From an uncultured virus (IMG/VR IMGVR_UViG_3300042894_007211) (Duplodnaviria; Heunggongvirae; Uroviricota; Caudoviricetes): a stretch of DNA of 64,000 nucleotides. The notes below the pieces were generated by a model that was not told where the DNA came from, searched no databases, and worked only from the letters and a program-made list of their open reading frames with translations. Numbering within the stretch: position 1 is the first letter of the stretch; every line of letters begins with the position of its first letter. The translations under genes were made by a program, and so were the position numbers. This document shows, in pieces, positions 9,511 to 18,920 of the stretch. Where the stretch lies: IMG/VR virus record IMGVR_UViG_3300042894_007211. One strand, 5' to 3'.

Positions 9511-9942
9511 ATGGAAAAAAAACTTTATGACAAAATAGATAGAACAATCTTAAAATCATTACCTAATCCAACTGATGCTGCCTACGAGGCAAAAATTAAA
9601 ATACCTGAGTGTACATTTTTAGGCGTTCAAGAGCAACCAGATTTTGCTACCTTTTATTTAACATTTTATGCTGATGATAAAATTATTGAATTAAAATCTC
9701 TTAAACACTATATTTATCAATTAAGAGACATAATTGTTTCATATGAAAGATTAATTAATATTGTTTATGACGATTTGATGAATGTTTATGAGCCAACTAG
9801 ACTTAGAATTGTTATGGTTTGTAATCCACGTGGTGGAATTAGTTCTAAACTAACAATCGACTCAGATTGGAAAATTAGAGGTGGTCAAGAAAATTTCAAA
9901 GACTGGACACTTTCAGAAGACACTTGGGAAGTAGTGATGTAA
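9511..9942 (+). CDS. queF: QueF-like T-fold protein (atypical active site)
   Basis: PNP, PE.T.L...QPDFA, ELKSLKHY and PRGGI motifs of unimodular QueF; Gly at the expected catalytic Cys position. Confidence 0.75.
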   Translation: MEKKLYDKIDRTILKSLPNPTDAAYEAKIKIPECTFLGVQEQPDFATFYLTFYADDKIIELKSLKHYIYQLRDIIVSYERLINIVYDDLMNVYEPTRLRIVMVCNPRGGISSKLTIDSDWKIRGGQENFKDWTLSEDTWEVVM

Positions 9943-9973
9943 AACTTCCAATAAAAGAATAAATTAAATTAAT

Positions 9974-10894
9974 ATGGCACTATCGTACATTGGCGGAAAA
10001 AGTAAAATTGGAACTTGGATCAGAAATTTCATTCCAAAAGACACAGAGGTTTATGTTGAACCTTTTGCTGGTATGTTTTGGGTTTTCTTTAAGTTAGAAA
10101 TTCCAACATATCCAAACTTAAAAACAGTGGTTTACAATGATGTAAATCCTCTAAACGTAAACTTCTTTAATTGTCTAAAAGATCCGGTGAGACTTTATGA
10201 AATTTCTAAAGGAACACCAATTGAAGATGCTGAACTTTTCGCAAAGTTTAAATCAGAAGTATTCGATCCTAATTTAGTTATTGACACTAAAGTTGCTAAT
10301 TTTGAAATCGCATACAAATATGCCTACATCTTAAGTCAGGTGTGGTCTGGAACAGATCCTAAAAAAGGTAACTTAATTAAAAACGGTGGTTATGTAGGAA
10401 AAGACGGTGTTTACAAATCTAAATTTGAAATTTTTAGAAGTAAACTTCCAGATGCTAAATGGCAGAAGTATTTTAGTAAAATAACTGTAGTAGAAAATTT
10501 AGATTTTGAAGAAGTTATTAAGAAATATGACGGAGAAAAAACTTACTTCTACTGTGATCCACCATATTTTATGACCGAGAATTATTATATTAATCATGAT
10601 TTTGGTTTAGACACTCACAAAAGATTGGCAGATGCTCTAAAATCAGTAAAAGGTAAATTTGGACTAAGCTACTACTACTTTGATAAGTTAGATGAATGGT
10701 TTCCATCAGACTGTTTTGTTTGGAAAAGTAAAGAGTTTGCAAAGACCGCTATGGCAGTTTCTGGCAAATCTCAAACTAAAGGCGTTGAACTATTAATTAT
10801 GAATTATGGAAAAATTGATGAAGTTCAACAAGAAGTTCAACAAGTTACAACAGATATAGATAACAGCGAAGAAGATTTTGACTTCACAATTTAA
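9974..10894 (+). CDS. dam: DNA adenine methyltransferase (Dam/D12 class)
   Basis: YIGGKSK, YVEPFAG, VYND, FYCDPPY. Confidence 0.9.
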   Translation: MALSYIGGKSKIGTWIRNFIPKDTEVYVEPFAGMFWVFFKLEIPTYPNLKTVVYNDVNPLNVNFFNCLKDPVRLYEISKGTPIEDAELFAKFKSEVFDPNLVIDTKVANFEIAYKYAYILSQVWSGTDPKKGNLIKNGGYVGKDGVYKSKFEIFRSKLPDAKWQKYFSKITVVENLDFEEVIKKYDGEKTYFYCDPPYFMTENYYINHDFGLDTHKRLADALKSVKGKFGLSYYYFDKLDEWFPSDCFVWKSKEFAKTAMAVSGKSQTKGVELLIMNYGKIDEVQQEVQQVTTDIDNSEEDFDFTI

Positions 10895-10946
10895 AAAGAG
10901 AGAGGATATATTTTTATAAATAAACTTATAAAAATATATCTCCTTT

Positions 10947-11168
10947 ATGAAATTTAAACCCGGTGATATAGTCATTAAAACCACAGGTGGAAATAAAATG
11001 ACAATCTTTGATAAGATATCAGATGGTGTTTATAAATGTCTTTGGTTTGTTGAAAGTTCTTGTAATGAATCCATCTTTAATGAAGATGAAATAGTTACTT
11101 TAAATGAGTATAAAAGGTTTCTGAAAACAGAAGAGCGCGAAGATAAAATCAATCAACTATTGGGTTAA
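10947..11168 (+). CDS. Small SH3-like (YodC/DUF2158-like) protein with C-terminal RxxKIxxLL helix
   Basis: FKPGDIVIKTTGGNKMTI...CLWF; ends EEREDKINQLLG. Confidence 0.75.
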   Translation: MKFKPGDIVIKTTGGNKMTIFDKISDGVYKCLWFVESSCNESIFNEDEIVTLNEYKRFLKTEEREDKINQLLG

Positions 11169-11200
11169 AATTTATTTTAATATTAGAATAAATAATTTAC

Positions 11201-11710
11201 TTAAACAGAATAAAGACAGAAGTATTCAAACTTATCAGAAATCATTTTCATTTCTTCTTCTAAGTCTTTCTTATCAATGATTTTAATAATATCACCATTA
11301 CTACAGAATGTATATTCTTCAAATTCCAACTCACTCATGAATTCTACTTTCTTATCAATAGATAATCCTTTAAATTTATTAAATAATCTACGAAAATCAG
11401 GAAGTAATTCCTTACAAACCTCATCATATTCTTGTCTTATTCTCATAGGTTTAACACCTCTTACTCTTATTTCATCAGTAAGTTCTTTATTAGATAATCC
11501 TTTAAGTCTACTTGGTGGTGTTATCTTGTTTAACACAGCATAAAGTGACCAACGCCTTTCAGCTTCTGCTTTAACTCTATCAGTTATTCTTCTAGTTCCT
11601 GATATCCAAGTCTCAACACTAATTATATTATTAGCTGAACTAAGATTCAATAAGTATTTATCATTATCATCAATAGATTCAAATAATTTAAATTCCTTTA
11701 TATACTTCAT
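11201..11710 (-). CDS. Hypothetical protein with N-terminal capsid-targeting-like tag
   Basis: Starts MKYIKEFKLFES; TTAATATATA 8 nt upstream. Confidence 0.75.
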   Translation of the reverse strand: MKYIKEFKLFESIDDNDKYLLNLSSANNIISVETWISGTRRITDRVKAEAERRWSLYAVLNKITPPSRLKGLSNKELTDEIRVRGVKPMRIRQEYDEVCKELLPDFRRLFNKFKGLSIDKKVEFMSELEFEEYTFCSNGDIIKIIDKKDLEEEMKMISDKFEYFCLYSV

Positions 11711-11718
11711 ATTTATTA

Positions 11719-11728
11719 TATATATTAA
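11719..11728 (-). promoter_or_regulatory. Putative late promoter TTAATATATA
   Basis: Exact decamer recurring 16 times just upstream of starts. Confidence 0.7.
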
Positions 11729-11730
11729 AT

Positions 11731-12078
11731 ATGAAACTGGATATTAATGAGATAAATCATCAACATATTGTTAAAGTCGTGATCTTTGCACTTTTTATGT
11801 TTAAAAGACAAATAAGAAATACACCACTTTACCGTATATCAGTTTTGAAATTTGTAAAAGCAAGAATACCTTGGAAGATAGACTTAGTTATTCTGACAGA
11901 AGAGAAAAAAACTGTTGGTGAAGAAAGAGAAATGATACTAGATGAATTATTAAATGGTGTCAAATCTGATTATCTTTCAAAAATAAATGTTACATTTACC
12001 ACACCATTGAAAACAGTCACAATGGAAATTGATTTAAATGACGAAAAAAAATATGAACAATTTCTTTATCATAAGTAA
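11731..12078 (+). CDS. Hypothetical protein
   Basis: 115-aa ORF; internal EEREMILDELL resembles the C-terminal helix motif. Confidence 0.65.
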   Translation: MKLDINEINHQHIVKVVIFALFMFKRQIRNTPLYRISVLKFVKARIPWKIDLVILTEEKKTVGEEREMILDELLNGVKSDYLSKINVTFTTPLKTVTMEIDLNDEKKYEQFLYHK

Positions 12079-12080
12079 CC

Positions 12081-12296
12081 ATGTATATTTGTATTAGCAA
12101 CACATCTAAAAGAAAAGAACTTGTTATAGGTAAATACTATGAAGTTTTCAAACATGAAAGTGGTCCTAAATTCGCTTGGGTAAAAATAATTGATGAGTCT
12201 AACGCAGTTGGTTGGAGAACCATTCAATGTTATTCAGCGGATTTTAGTAATAAAAATGATTGGAGAGATAAACAAATTAATAAGATTTTAAGTTAG
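12081..12296 (+). CDS. Small SH3-like protein with C-terminal RxxQIxxIL helix
   Basis: YICISN...LVIGKYYEV; ends DWRDKQINKILS. Confidence 0.7.
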   Translation: MYICISNTSKRKELVIGKYYEVFKHESGPKFAWVKIIDESNAVGWRTIQCYSADFSNKNDWRDKQINKILS

Positions 12297-13639
12297 TCTT
12301 CCCAGAAAAAATATACATGTTTTTCTGGCCATCTATAGTCAAATGTAGCAAATCCATATAATTCAGCAACTCTTTCTAATCTATCATCAACATTTCTCGG
12401 AAGTTCACCATCAAAGTCAATTGATTCAAATTCAACATAAATATTATCATCATATTCTTTTATATTCTCGATATGTAATCCAGTTTTTTCCGAAAAGTAT
12501 TTTTTGAATTGTTCAACATCAAATTTCTTATCTCCTATTTTTTTATCTGTTTTTTTGAATTTGTAATCAATTGTGTTAAACTTAGCATCTGGTGTTTCAT
12601 CGTTATTATAACCTTCAAATCCAGTTACATCAAATTTTGCAAATGACCAACCTAAATCTTGAAGTCTAGCAATTGTTACTTGCATTTCATCAGCAATTTT
12701 TACAAAATCTTCATAAGTTTTAAATTTTTCATTTGTAGAAAATCTTATTGTAAACTGTGATACTTCAATACCACCAGTAGGGTTTACAACTGGTTGAAAA
12801 TCTCCACCACCATCTAAGTATTGTTGATATGTCATATCACCTAAAGTTGACTTGAATGTTATTTTATATCCGTCTTCAATTAAATCCAATACACAATCTA
12901 CAATATCCGAAATTACAGATTTATTATCAATACTTTCTTTGATGATATACTTATCGTTTTTTCTAACCGCTAATTTACCATCGATAAATTTATAAAACTT
13001 ATATTTCTGGTCTATTGATGTTACTAAATAATAAGCATCTGGATTAAGTGCTTTATACCTTTGAATGTTACCTTCTACTTTAACTCCATCGATTTCACCA
13101 CCTTGTTGTTTAGCATAAGCCCATTGAATATAATGTGGATCAACGTGTCGGTCTCTCAACTTATCTTGTTCGATTGATGTTTGTAAAGTTGAAAGAAGAT
13201 GAATGAATACTATTTTATATTCATTAATTTTTGCACTGTCAAAGATTTCTTTGACGTGTTCAAATCCACGGTCAGTAAATTCTTTTCCAGCGCCGGTTGT
13301 ATCATAGATAAAGTTCTGACCAGTTTCCATAAACTTTTCCATTCTGTTTAAGTTCAACTCTGATGCGTTTTTAGTTCTACCACCTTCAGGTAGTTCTTTA
13401 CCTTTATAATATATGTTAGGGTCTTTTGTATAGAGAAGAGAAACATCATCTGTTGAGAAATCCTTTATGTTAGGATTTTTAGAATGTATATGATTTTTAA
13501 CAAAATAAGACTTTCCGATACCAGGAGCTCCAATTAAGAAAATAGCAAGACCTCTATCAGTTCCAATAAGTTCCGGAATAGGCTCATTCTTTGATACCTC
13601 TTCTAAAATAAACTGATTATATTCTTTTAAAAATTTCAT
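12293..13639 (-). CDS. P-loop kinase (zeta-toxin/AAA_33-like) fused to a second domain, with N-terminal tag
   Basis: MKFLKEYNQFILEE; GAPGIGKS, FSTDD, FIYDTTG; internal KYIIKES junction. Confidence 0.7.
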   Translation of the reverse strand: MKFLKEYNQFILEEVSKNEPIPELIGTDRGLAIFLIGAPGIGKSYFVKNHIHSKNPNIKDFSTDDVSLLYTKDPNIYYKGKELPEGGRTKNASELNLNRMEKFMETGQNFIYDTTGAGKEFTDRGFEHVKEIFDSAKINEYKIVFIHLLSTLQTSIEQDKLRDRHVDPHYIQWAYAKQQGGEIDGVKVEGNIQRYKALNPDAYYLVTSIDQKYKFYKFIDGKLAVRKNDKYIIKESIDNKSVISDIVDCVLDLIEDGYKITFKSTLGDMTYQQYLDGGGDFQPVVNPTGGIEVSQFTIRFSTNEKFKTYEDFVKIADEMQVTIARLQDLGWSFAKFDVTGFEGYNNDETPDAKFNTIDYKFKKTDKKIGDKKFDVEQFKKYFSEKTGLHIENIKEYDDNIYVEFESIDFDGELPRNVDDRLERVAELYGFATFDYRWPEKHVYFFWED

Positions 13640-13648
13640 GGCGTATTG

Positions 13649-13658
13649 TATATATTAA
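13649..13658 (-). promoter_or_regulatory. Putative late promoter TTAATATATA
   Basis: Exact decamer 9 nt upstream of ATG 13639. Confidence 0.7.
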
Positions 13659-13668
13659 AAAAGATTAT

Positions 13669-13676
13669 TATATTTG
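13669..13676 (+). promoter_or_regulatory. Bacteroidota-type -7 element TATATTTG
   Basis: 4 nt upstream of ATG 13681. Confidence 0.6.
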
Positions 13677-13680
13677 TCTT

Positions 13681-14535
13681 ATGAGAGGATTTAGAATATA
13701 CAACAAAGCAGAACTATTCAACGCAATTGAAAAAATAACCGTTGAAAAAATTGAGGGTCAAGTTATTACCAAATATAATGGGCGTGTTACACAAGTAGCT
13801 AATGTATCGAATCGATATGAGATTTTTGATATTGTAAAATATCTTAAAGATAAAATTGAACTAATTGAGCAAAACTTTACTATTTCTAAATATCAATTGA
13901 TTATTAGAAAAGGTCAACAATACCTTCAACTTATTTCTGATAGTGTTGAAATCGGAGGTATCCGTTTTTACAAATCTTTCTACATCTTAAACTCAACAGA
14001 TAAATCACGCAGACTTAGTTTCTATGCTGGTCTACATTCTGAAAAATATTACTTCATTGGTGCAAACAATGTAGGTATGTCGAGGAAACATCTTACCGGT
14101 GTTACCGAAGCTGCTGATGTTGCATCAACTGCTCTCAATGGCGAAACATTCGATGATCAAATTGAAGCACTTCAAAACTTAGTTGGCCATCGTATTCAGT
14201 TCTCTAAAATTCGTCAGGTAATTTTAGGAGAAAAAGAAGAAATTCCACAAATTAATCATCGTAAGTTTGATGCGTTTAAGAACTCTGTTCGTTACGCAGA
14301 TGGTGATGGTCTCATTAGAATAACAAAAGAACAACGTTCTCAATTATACACAGAATCTGAAAGAATGAAAGAAGTCAAAGAAGATTTTTACTTAGATGCT
14401 TTCTGGGTTTTCGGGACTTATATGAGATTGTTTAATAAACAAGACTCTCATATCATTAAAAATGAAACAGACCGTATTATGAAAATTACACAATGGGCTG
14501 TTCGTAATAATGTTTTAGAATCACTAGGTATCTAA
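13681..14535 (+). CDS. DUF932/DUF945-like protein
   Basis: VSNRYEI near N-terminus and ILNSTDKSRRLSFYAG...RKH resemble the LxNSHDG...KH pattern; ends VRNNVLESLGI. Confidence 0.5.
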   Translation: MRGFRIYNKAELFNAIEKITVEKIEGQVITKYNGRVTQVANVSNRYEIFDIVKYLKDKIELIEQNFTISKYQLIIRKGQQYLQLISDSVEIGGIRFYKSFYILNSTDKSRRLSFYAGLHSEKYYFIGANNVGMSRKHLTGVTEAADVASTALNGETFDDQIEALQNLVGHRIQFSKIRQVILGEKEEIPQINHRKFDAFKNSVRYADGDGLIRITKEQRSQLYTESERMKEVKEDFYLDAFWVFGTYMRLFNKQDSHIIKNETDRIMKITQWAVRNNVLESLGI

Positions 14536-14540
14536 TTATT

Positions 14541-15023
14541 ATGCTACTAGAAGACAACTCCGGATTTGTAAACTTTCCTATACCAGGGAAAGTCATAGAT
14601 AGAATCGAAGATATTAAAACTTTTATCTATTTAGTTGCATTTGAAACATTGGACCTTACTAATGTTCCTTACATACTTTCCAACTGTAGATTAAATCTAC
14701 AAGGTACTCTTGTATCTGATGATGTTACTTTTAGAAAAAGATTCTCACATAATACTTTAGATGATATTGTTGAAGAACAACTTGATAACAATGAGTTCGA
14801 AAGTCGTTACTTTCCGAATATGAATGGTGACACACAATCATCTATTCCACTTACTACCTGTATTTGCTTAGGTTGGTCTGAACACACCTATCAATTTAAA
14901 GACTCAACAGATTGGGTCTGTACTTTTAGAGACCTAACTAATGAAGGTCAAAAGTTATACTACTCAATTAAAAAATTACACAACAATAAAGAAGTAAGAA
15001 TTTTAACTTTTAACAACATTTAA
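14541..15023 (+). CDS. Hypothetical protein
   Basis: 160-aa ORF in operon. Confidence 0.7.
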   Translation: MLLEDNSGFVNFPIPGKVIDRIEDIKTFIYLVAFETLDLTNVPYILSNCRLNLQGTLVSDDVTFRKRFSHNTLDDIVEEQLDNNEFESRYFPNMNGDTQSSIPLTTCICLGWSEHTYQFKDSTDWVCTFRDLTNEGQKLYYSIKKLHNNKEVRILTFNNI

Positions 15024-15025
15024 TG

Positions 15026-15055
15026 TTGACTTTTTCAATTTAATCACTATATTTG
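15026..15055 (+). promoter_or_regulatory. Bacteroidota-type promoter
   Basis: TTG 15026-15028, 19 nt, TATATTTG 15048-15055. Confidence 0.65.
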
Positions 15056-15069
15056 TAGAAACTAATTTT

Positions 15070-16374
15070 ATGGCATACGAAAGAAAAACCTACGACCTTT
15101 TTATCTCTGATGATTTAAAAACGATTTTAGAACAAATTAAATCAGAATCAGTTGTTGCTGATTTGCTTCTTAAACGCAGACATCAAAAGGAAGATTTGGT
15201 AGACGATCCAGTCAATTTCATTTCTATATCATCACAAGACCCTACACGCATTTCATATCTCACAACTGAGCGTATTGGTCAAATTGACGAATCTGATTAC
15301 TGGACATCCTCTCGTCGATTTCATATCAAACCAGGCGGGTTTATCTCAAAGGTATTTAAAGATATCTCACCAAAAGATGTTGAGACTTTTTCTAATCTTT
15401 ATCGATCAGAGGCAAAGAAACCTAAATTTGAGTTTCGTATTTTCAAAGGTCAAGATATCAGAGGTAATTATCATTATTCACGACACGCGAGTGATTATGG
15501 AAGTCTTGGTGTATCTTGTATGAGATATGATAGTTGTCAAAAAATGTTTGATGTTTACGTCGATAATGATGATAAGATTTCAATGATTGCTATGCTAAAT
15601 GAAGATGGTTACATTATGGGTAGAGCTCTTCTTTGGAACTTTGATGGTAATAAAATTATGGATAGAATTTATACAGTCAATGACGAACAATTGCAATTCT
15701 TTTTTAAGAAGTGGGCAACTGAAAATGGATATTGGTATAAAGCTCAACAAAACTGGTATAACTCAATTCAGTTTGAGCGAATTGGTGAAGGAAAAAAACT
15801 ATTTAAGTTTGATATCAAATTAGACCACTCTGATTTTAGATACTATCCTTATATGGATACTTTCAAATTCTTCAATCCAGATAGTGGTACTTTTTCAAAC
15901 TACAGACCAGAAGGTAGAGACCATTACACTCTTTGTTCTTCCGATGGTAGTAAATATGATTGGAATTACCTTTCTTATGATGATTTCGACCAAGTTTACC
16001 GACACAGAGGAGAAACTGTTAGACTTGACTATTTAAATATGTCAGCACATCCAGATAGATGCAATTATTCAGATGTTCTTGACCGTTACATTCTTTGTGA
16101 CCACGCTGAATGGCGAGAAGACATTAGAGACTATGTTTTCGGAAGTGAATATGATAAATTTAATGACCAAGATGCCATTCAGTCAAAATTAGACTACATT
16201 CAGGAAAGCGAGACCAGAAGATCGAGAAGAAGTGCTGGAAGAAGTGTAAGTCAATTAACAGAAATGTTAGAACAAGCAAGAGAGGGTAACGATATGCACA
16301 TGATATACGAGCAAATTTTGTCTCAAATATCAAATGATTATGTTGTTCAAAGACCTAGTCCAACTCAGGAGTAA
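15070..16374 (+). CDS. Conserved phage hypothetical protein (SCM...RAL.W...DRIY...PYMD motifs)
   Basis: 434-aa ORF with SCMRY, GRALLW, MDRIYT, YPYMDTF. Confidence 0.7.
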   Translation: MAYERKTYDLFISDDLKTILEQIKSESVVADLLLKRRHQKEDLVDDPVNFISISSQDPTRISYLTTERIGQIDESDYWTSSRRFHIKPGGFISKVFKDISPKDVETFSNLYRSEAKKPKFEFRIFKGQDIRGNYHYSRHASDYGSLGVSCMRYDSCQKMFDVYVDNDDKISMIAMLNEDGYIMGRALLWNFDGNKIMDRIYTVNDEQLQFFFKKWATENGYWYKAQQNWYNSIQFERIGEGKKLFKFDIKLDHSDFRYYPYMDTFKFFNPDSGTFSNYRPEGRDHYTLCSSDGSKYDWNYLSYDDFDQVYRHRGETVRLDYLNMSAHPDRCNYSDVLDRYILCDHAEWREDIRDYVFGSEYDKFNDQDAIQSKLDYIQESETRRSRRSAGRSVSQLTEMLEQAREGNDMHMIYEQILSQISNDYVVQRPSPTQE

Positions 16375-16379
16375 TTAAG

Positions 16380-16400
16380 GAGACCTTATGGTCTCTTTTT
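16380..16400 (+). terminator. Short intrinsic terminator between convergent genes
   Basis: gagacc-ttat-ggtctc-ttttt. Confidence 0.6.
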
Positions 16401-16931
16401 ATTTTTCTTATAACCATCAAGTAGCTCTATCACGTTTTTGTAATCGTAATAATTCAGGTATCTATCTATTGTTTTGATAAATTCCACAGGTTTTCTATCC
16501 ACATGAATTAGTATATCGAAATAATAACCAAAATAGTTGTAGACTTTTTTTTCTGATATCAGGCCAGTCTTTATGTAGATGTTAAAATAAGAAAGTTTAT
16601 CAAAAAAGTTATCAAATAGGTCTCTACAATAAGCCTCTTCAGTTGTAAATCGAGATTTTTTATTGTGTGTTTTTAAAGCTTCTATTAAATAATCATCATT
16701 TATTTTGAAAGGTTTTCCATCTATCTCTATAGTTCTGGCATTCCAATCAAGCAGTGTTAAAACGGTTTTGATACTTTCATCTGAAAGGAATTCTTTAGCT
16801 TCTTTTGCTAAAAATTCAGATTCTTTCCACAACTGAGACCTTCTATATTCAATGATTGCTTTTATGAAAGTCAGTATTGCAAATATTGGTAAGATGTCAG
16901 AGATAAATGTAAAGACCAATTCCATAAACAA
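16386..16931 (-). CDS. Membrane-anchored hypothetical protein
   Basis: N-terminal hydrophobic helix (ILPIFAILTFIKAII), helical soluble domain. Confidence 0.7.
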   Translation of the reverse strand: MFMELVFTFISDILPIFAILTFIKAIIEYRRSQLWKESEFLAKEAKEFLSDESIKTVLTLLDWNARTIEIDGKPFKINDDYLIEALKTHNKKSRFTTEEAYCRDLFDNFFDKLSYFNIYIKTGLISEKKVYNYFGYYFDILIHVDRKPVEFIKTIDRYLNYYDYKNVIELLDGYKKNKKRP

Positions 16932-16960
16932 ATGCTTTATTTGTATATATAAATTATAAT

Positions 16961-17710
16961 ATGAAAGAATTTCTTTTAAAAAAGTTAGAGTGTTTCAATG
17001 ATGAAGAATTTAAATTCGATCCTGCTGCACATAGATATACCTATTTAGGAGAACAGTTTACATCAGTTACCAGGTTTATTCAACAATTTCACAAACCATT
17101 TGAACAGGACTATTGGTCTCAAAAGAAAGCAGAAGAAGCAGGAGTACCTCAAGAATGGATTTTAAATGAATGGAAAAAGTTAAATGATTATGCTAATGAA
17201 GTAGGAACTGATACTCACCAATGGATTGAAGACTACTTTAATAAAATATGGAAACCACTACCTTCTAATTTAGATGTTATTAATAGAATAAACAAATTTA
17301 ATGTTATTTATGCTAAACATCTTCACAAATTAGAACCTCTAAAGTTTGAAGTCAGAGTCTTTTCAAAAAAATGGAAAATTGCCGGTATGATTGACTCTCT
17401 TTTCATACATCGAGGTAAGATTTTTATTTTAGACTGGAAAACTAATAAAAACTTCACAACAGATGATAATCTGAAATATAAAGAAAAACTTTTAGCTCCA
17501 TTTGAAGATAATTTTAAATCACATTTATCAGAATATTCTATTCAACTATCTTTTTATGCACTTATATTAGAAGAATGGGGCTTCGATGTTGGTGGTGCTT
17601 ATTTAGTACACATAGGACCTGGTGATGAGCCAGCTGAAATGCATAAAGTTATAGATATGAGACACAAACTTAAAAGGTATCTCGACGGTGATGCTGAAGT
17701 CGAACTTTAG
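16961..17710 (+). CDS. PD-(D/E)XK exonuclease (Cas4/RecB-like)
   Basis: HRY...SVT, GTDTH, AGMIDSL, ILDWKT, YSIQLSFYA. Confidence 0.88.
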   Translation: MKEFLLKKLECFNDEEFKFDPAAHRYTYLGEQFTSVTRFIQQFHKPFEQDYWSQKKAEEAGVPQEWILNEWKKLNDYANEVGTDTHQWIEDYFNKIWKPLPSNLDVINRINKFNVIYAKHLHKLEPLKFEVRVFSKKWKIAGMIDSLFIHRGKIFILDWKTNKNFTTDDNLKYKEKLLAPFEDNFKSHLSEYSIQLSFYALILEEWGFDVGGAYLVHIGPGDEPAEMHKVIDMRHKLKRYLDGDAEVEL

Positions 17711-17714
17711 AAGT

Positions 17715-17724
17715 TTAATATATA
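17715..17724 (+). promoter_or_regulatory. Putative late promoter TTAATATATA
   Basis: 4 nt upstream of ATG 17729. Confidence 0.7.
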
Positions 17725-17728
17725 TCTT

Positions 17729-18880
17729 ATGACTAATCTATACGCCAGAAAATTAGAAAAGATATTCAACAAAGTCGGACAAATTGCGTCTAAAGGACGT
17801 GATAATAAACTTGAATATACTAAATACATCGATGAGCTAATCGAAAAAGGCGATTTTGTCTCTTTCCAAGAAATGTTACTTATATTTTATCAAATTGATA
17901 CAATAGATACAGGTGATGTAAGTGATATTAAATCAAAAACTTGGAACGAAATCTGTTTTCAAACTAAATCTACATTTTTACAGAAACTATCAAAATTATA
18001 TAAGCAAAAAAAGGTCTATCAACAATCTTTCAATATTTATTCAGAAAGTAATAATATAGTTCAACTATCACTATCAAATAGATTGACTTCTACATTCTCT
18101 GCGACTGGTCTAACACCATCTATTAATTTTGAAAAAAGAGGTGAATTAGTCGACTTAAAAGTTTATGAGAATGATATCACATCTGTTCAAATTCAAAAGG
18201 CCATTTGGGAAGTAGCCGAATCAGGAAATGAAGAACCAACAAATATAAAATTTTTTGAAGACTTTCAAATTTCTTATTTAGCAAATTCATTTACCACATT
18301 TAATCCTTCTCAGTTATCAATCGGTGATAAATTTACTATGTCAGTAACTACTACTAAACAATACATTCCAGGTCAATTGATTTCTGTAACTTGGTCAGGA
18401 AATTACATCGAAGGTAACGTAGAATCTTATGACTATGTTTCAGGAGATACAATAATGACAGTAACTGATACTAGTGGTTCATCAACTTATTCTCTTTGGA
18501 TTGTGGATTATTTATCTGGTACAAAAAGTGTGAGTTTTCAAACTTCTGTTCCATCAACACAAGGTGCTACTTATTTAGTAACAACAACTCAAAAAGATCC
18601 ATTAACATTTGATTTTAAAAAATATTATTATAAATTAAGTTTAGAAAGAAATCCACTACTTGGACAGATTTATGAAGTTGATGTTTACGATCCAAATTCA
18701 TCTTACTTAGTTCAAAATAAGCAATACGCGAGACTTACCGGTGAAAGAAAGGCATACATTCAGGCTCAAAAAGTTGGTGTCACTTACTCCTTAGTATTCG
18801 ACGTTGAAAATCCCGCACTGTCTGACGATGCTAATTTGTTGAATAGATATACTCAAGCAATTAATTATCTACTTTCTTAA
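17729..18880 (+). CDS. Putative virion structural protein
   Basis: Ser/Thr-rich beta segment in the middle; late-type motif upstream. Confidence 0.5.
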   Translation: MTNLYARKLEKIFNKVGQIASKGRDNKLEYTKYIDELIEKGDFVSFQEMLLIFYQIDTIDTGDVSDIKSKTWNEICFQTKSTFLQKLSKLYKQKKVYQQSFNIYSESNNIVQLSLSNRLTSTFSATGLTPSINFEKRGELVDLKVYENDITSVQIQKAIWEVAESGNEEPTNIKFFEDFQISYLANSFTTFNPSQLSIGDKFTMSVTTTKQYIPGQLISVTWSGNYIEGNVESYDYVSGDTIMTVTDTSGSSTYSLWIVDYLSGTKSVSFQTSVPSTQGATYLVTTTQKDPLTFDFKKYYYKLSLERNPLLGQIYEVDVYDPNSSYLVQNKQYARLTGERKAYIQAQKVGVTYSLVFDVENPALSDDANLLNRYTQAINYLLS

Positions 18881-18920
18881 ACTTTATTTCTAAATACCAT
18901 ATAAAAATAAAAAAACTAAT

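Noticed and set aside
10820..10843. 12-nt tandem duplication gaagttcaacaa in the Dam C-terminal tail
   Set aside because: Simple slippage in a disordered acidic tail; no sign of function.
12293..13639. Zeta toxin-antitoxin module
   Set aside because: Only general P-loop kinase similarity, no recognisable epsilon antitoxin, and the context points to virion cargo.
16961..17710. Cas4 as part of a CRISPR-Cas system
   Set aside because: No other cas genes or array; stand-alone PD-(D/E)XK exonucleases are common in phages.
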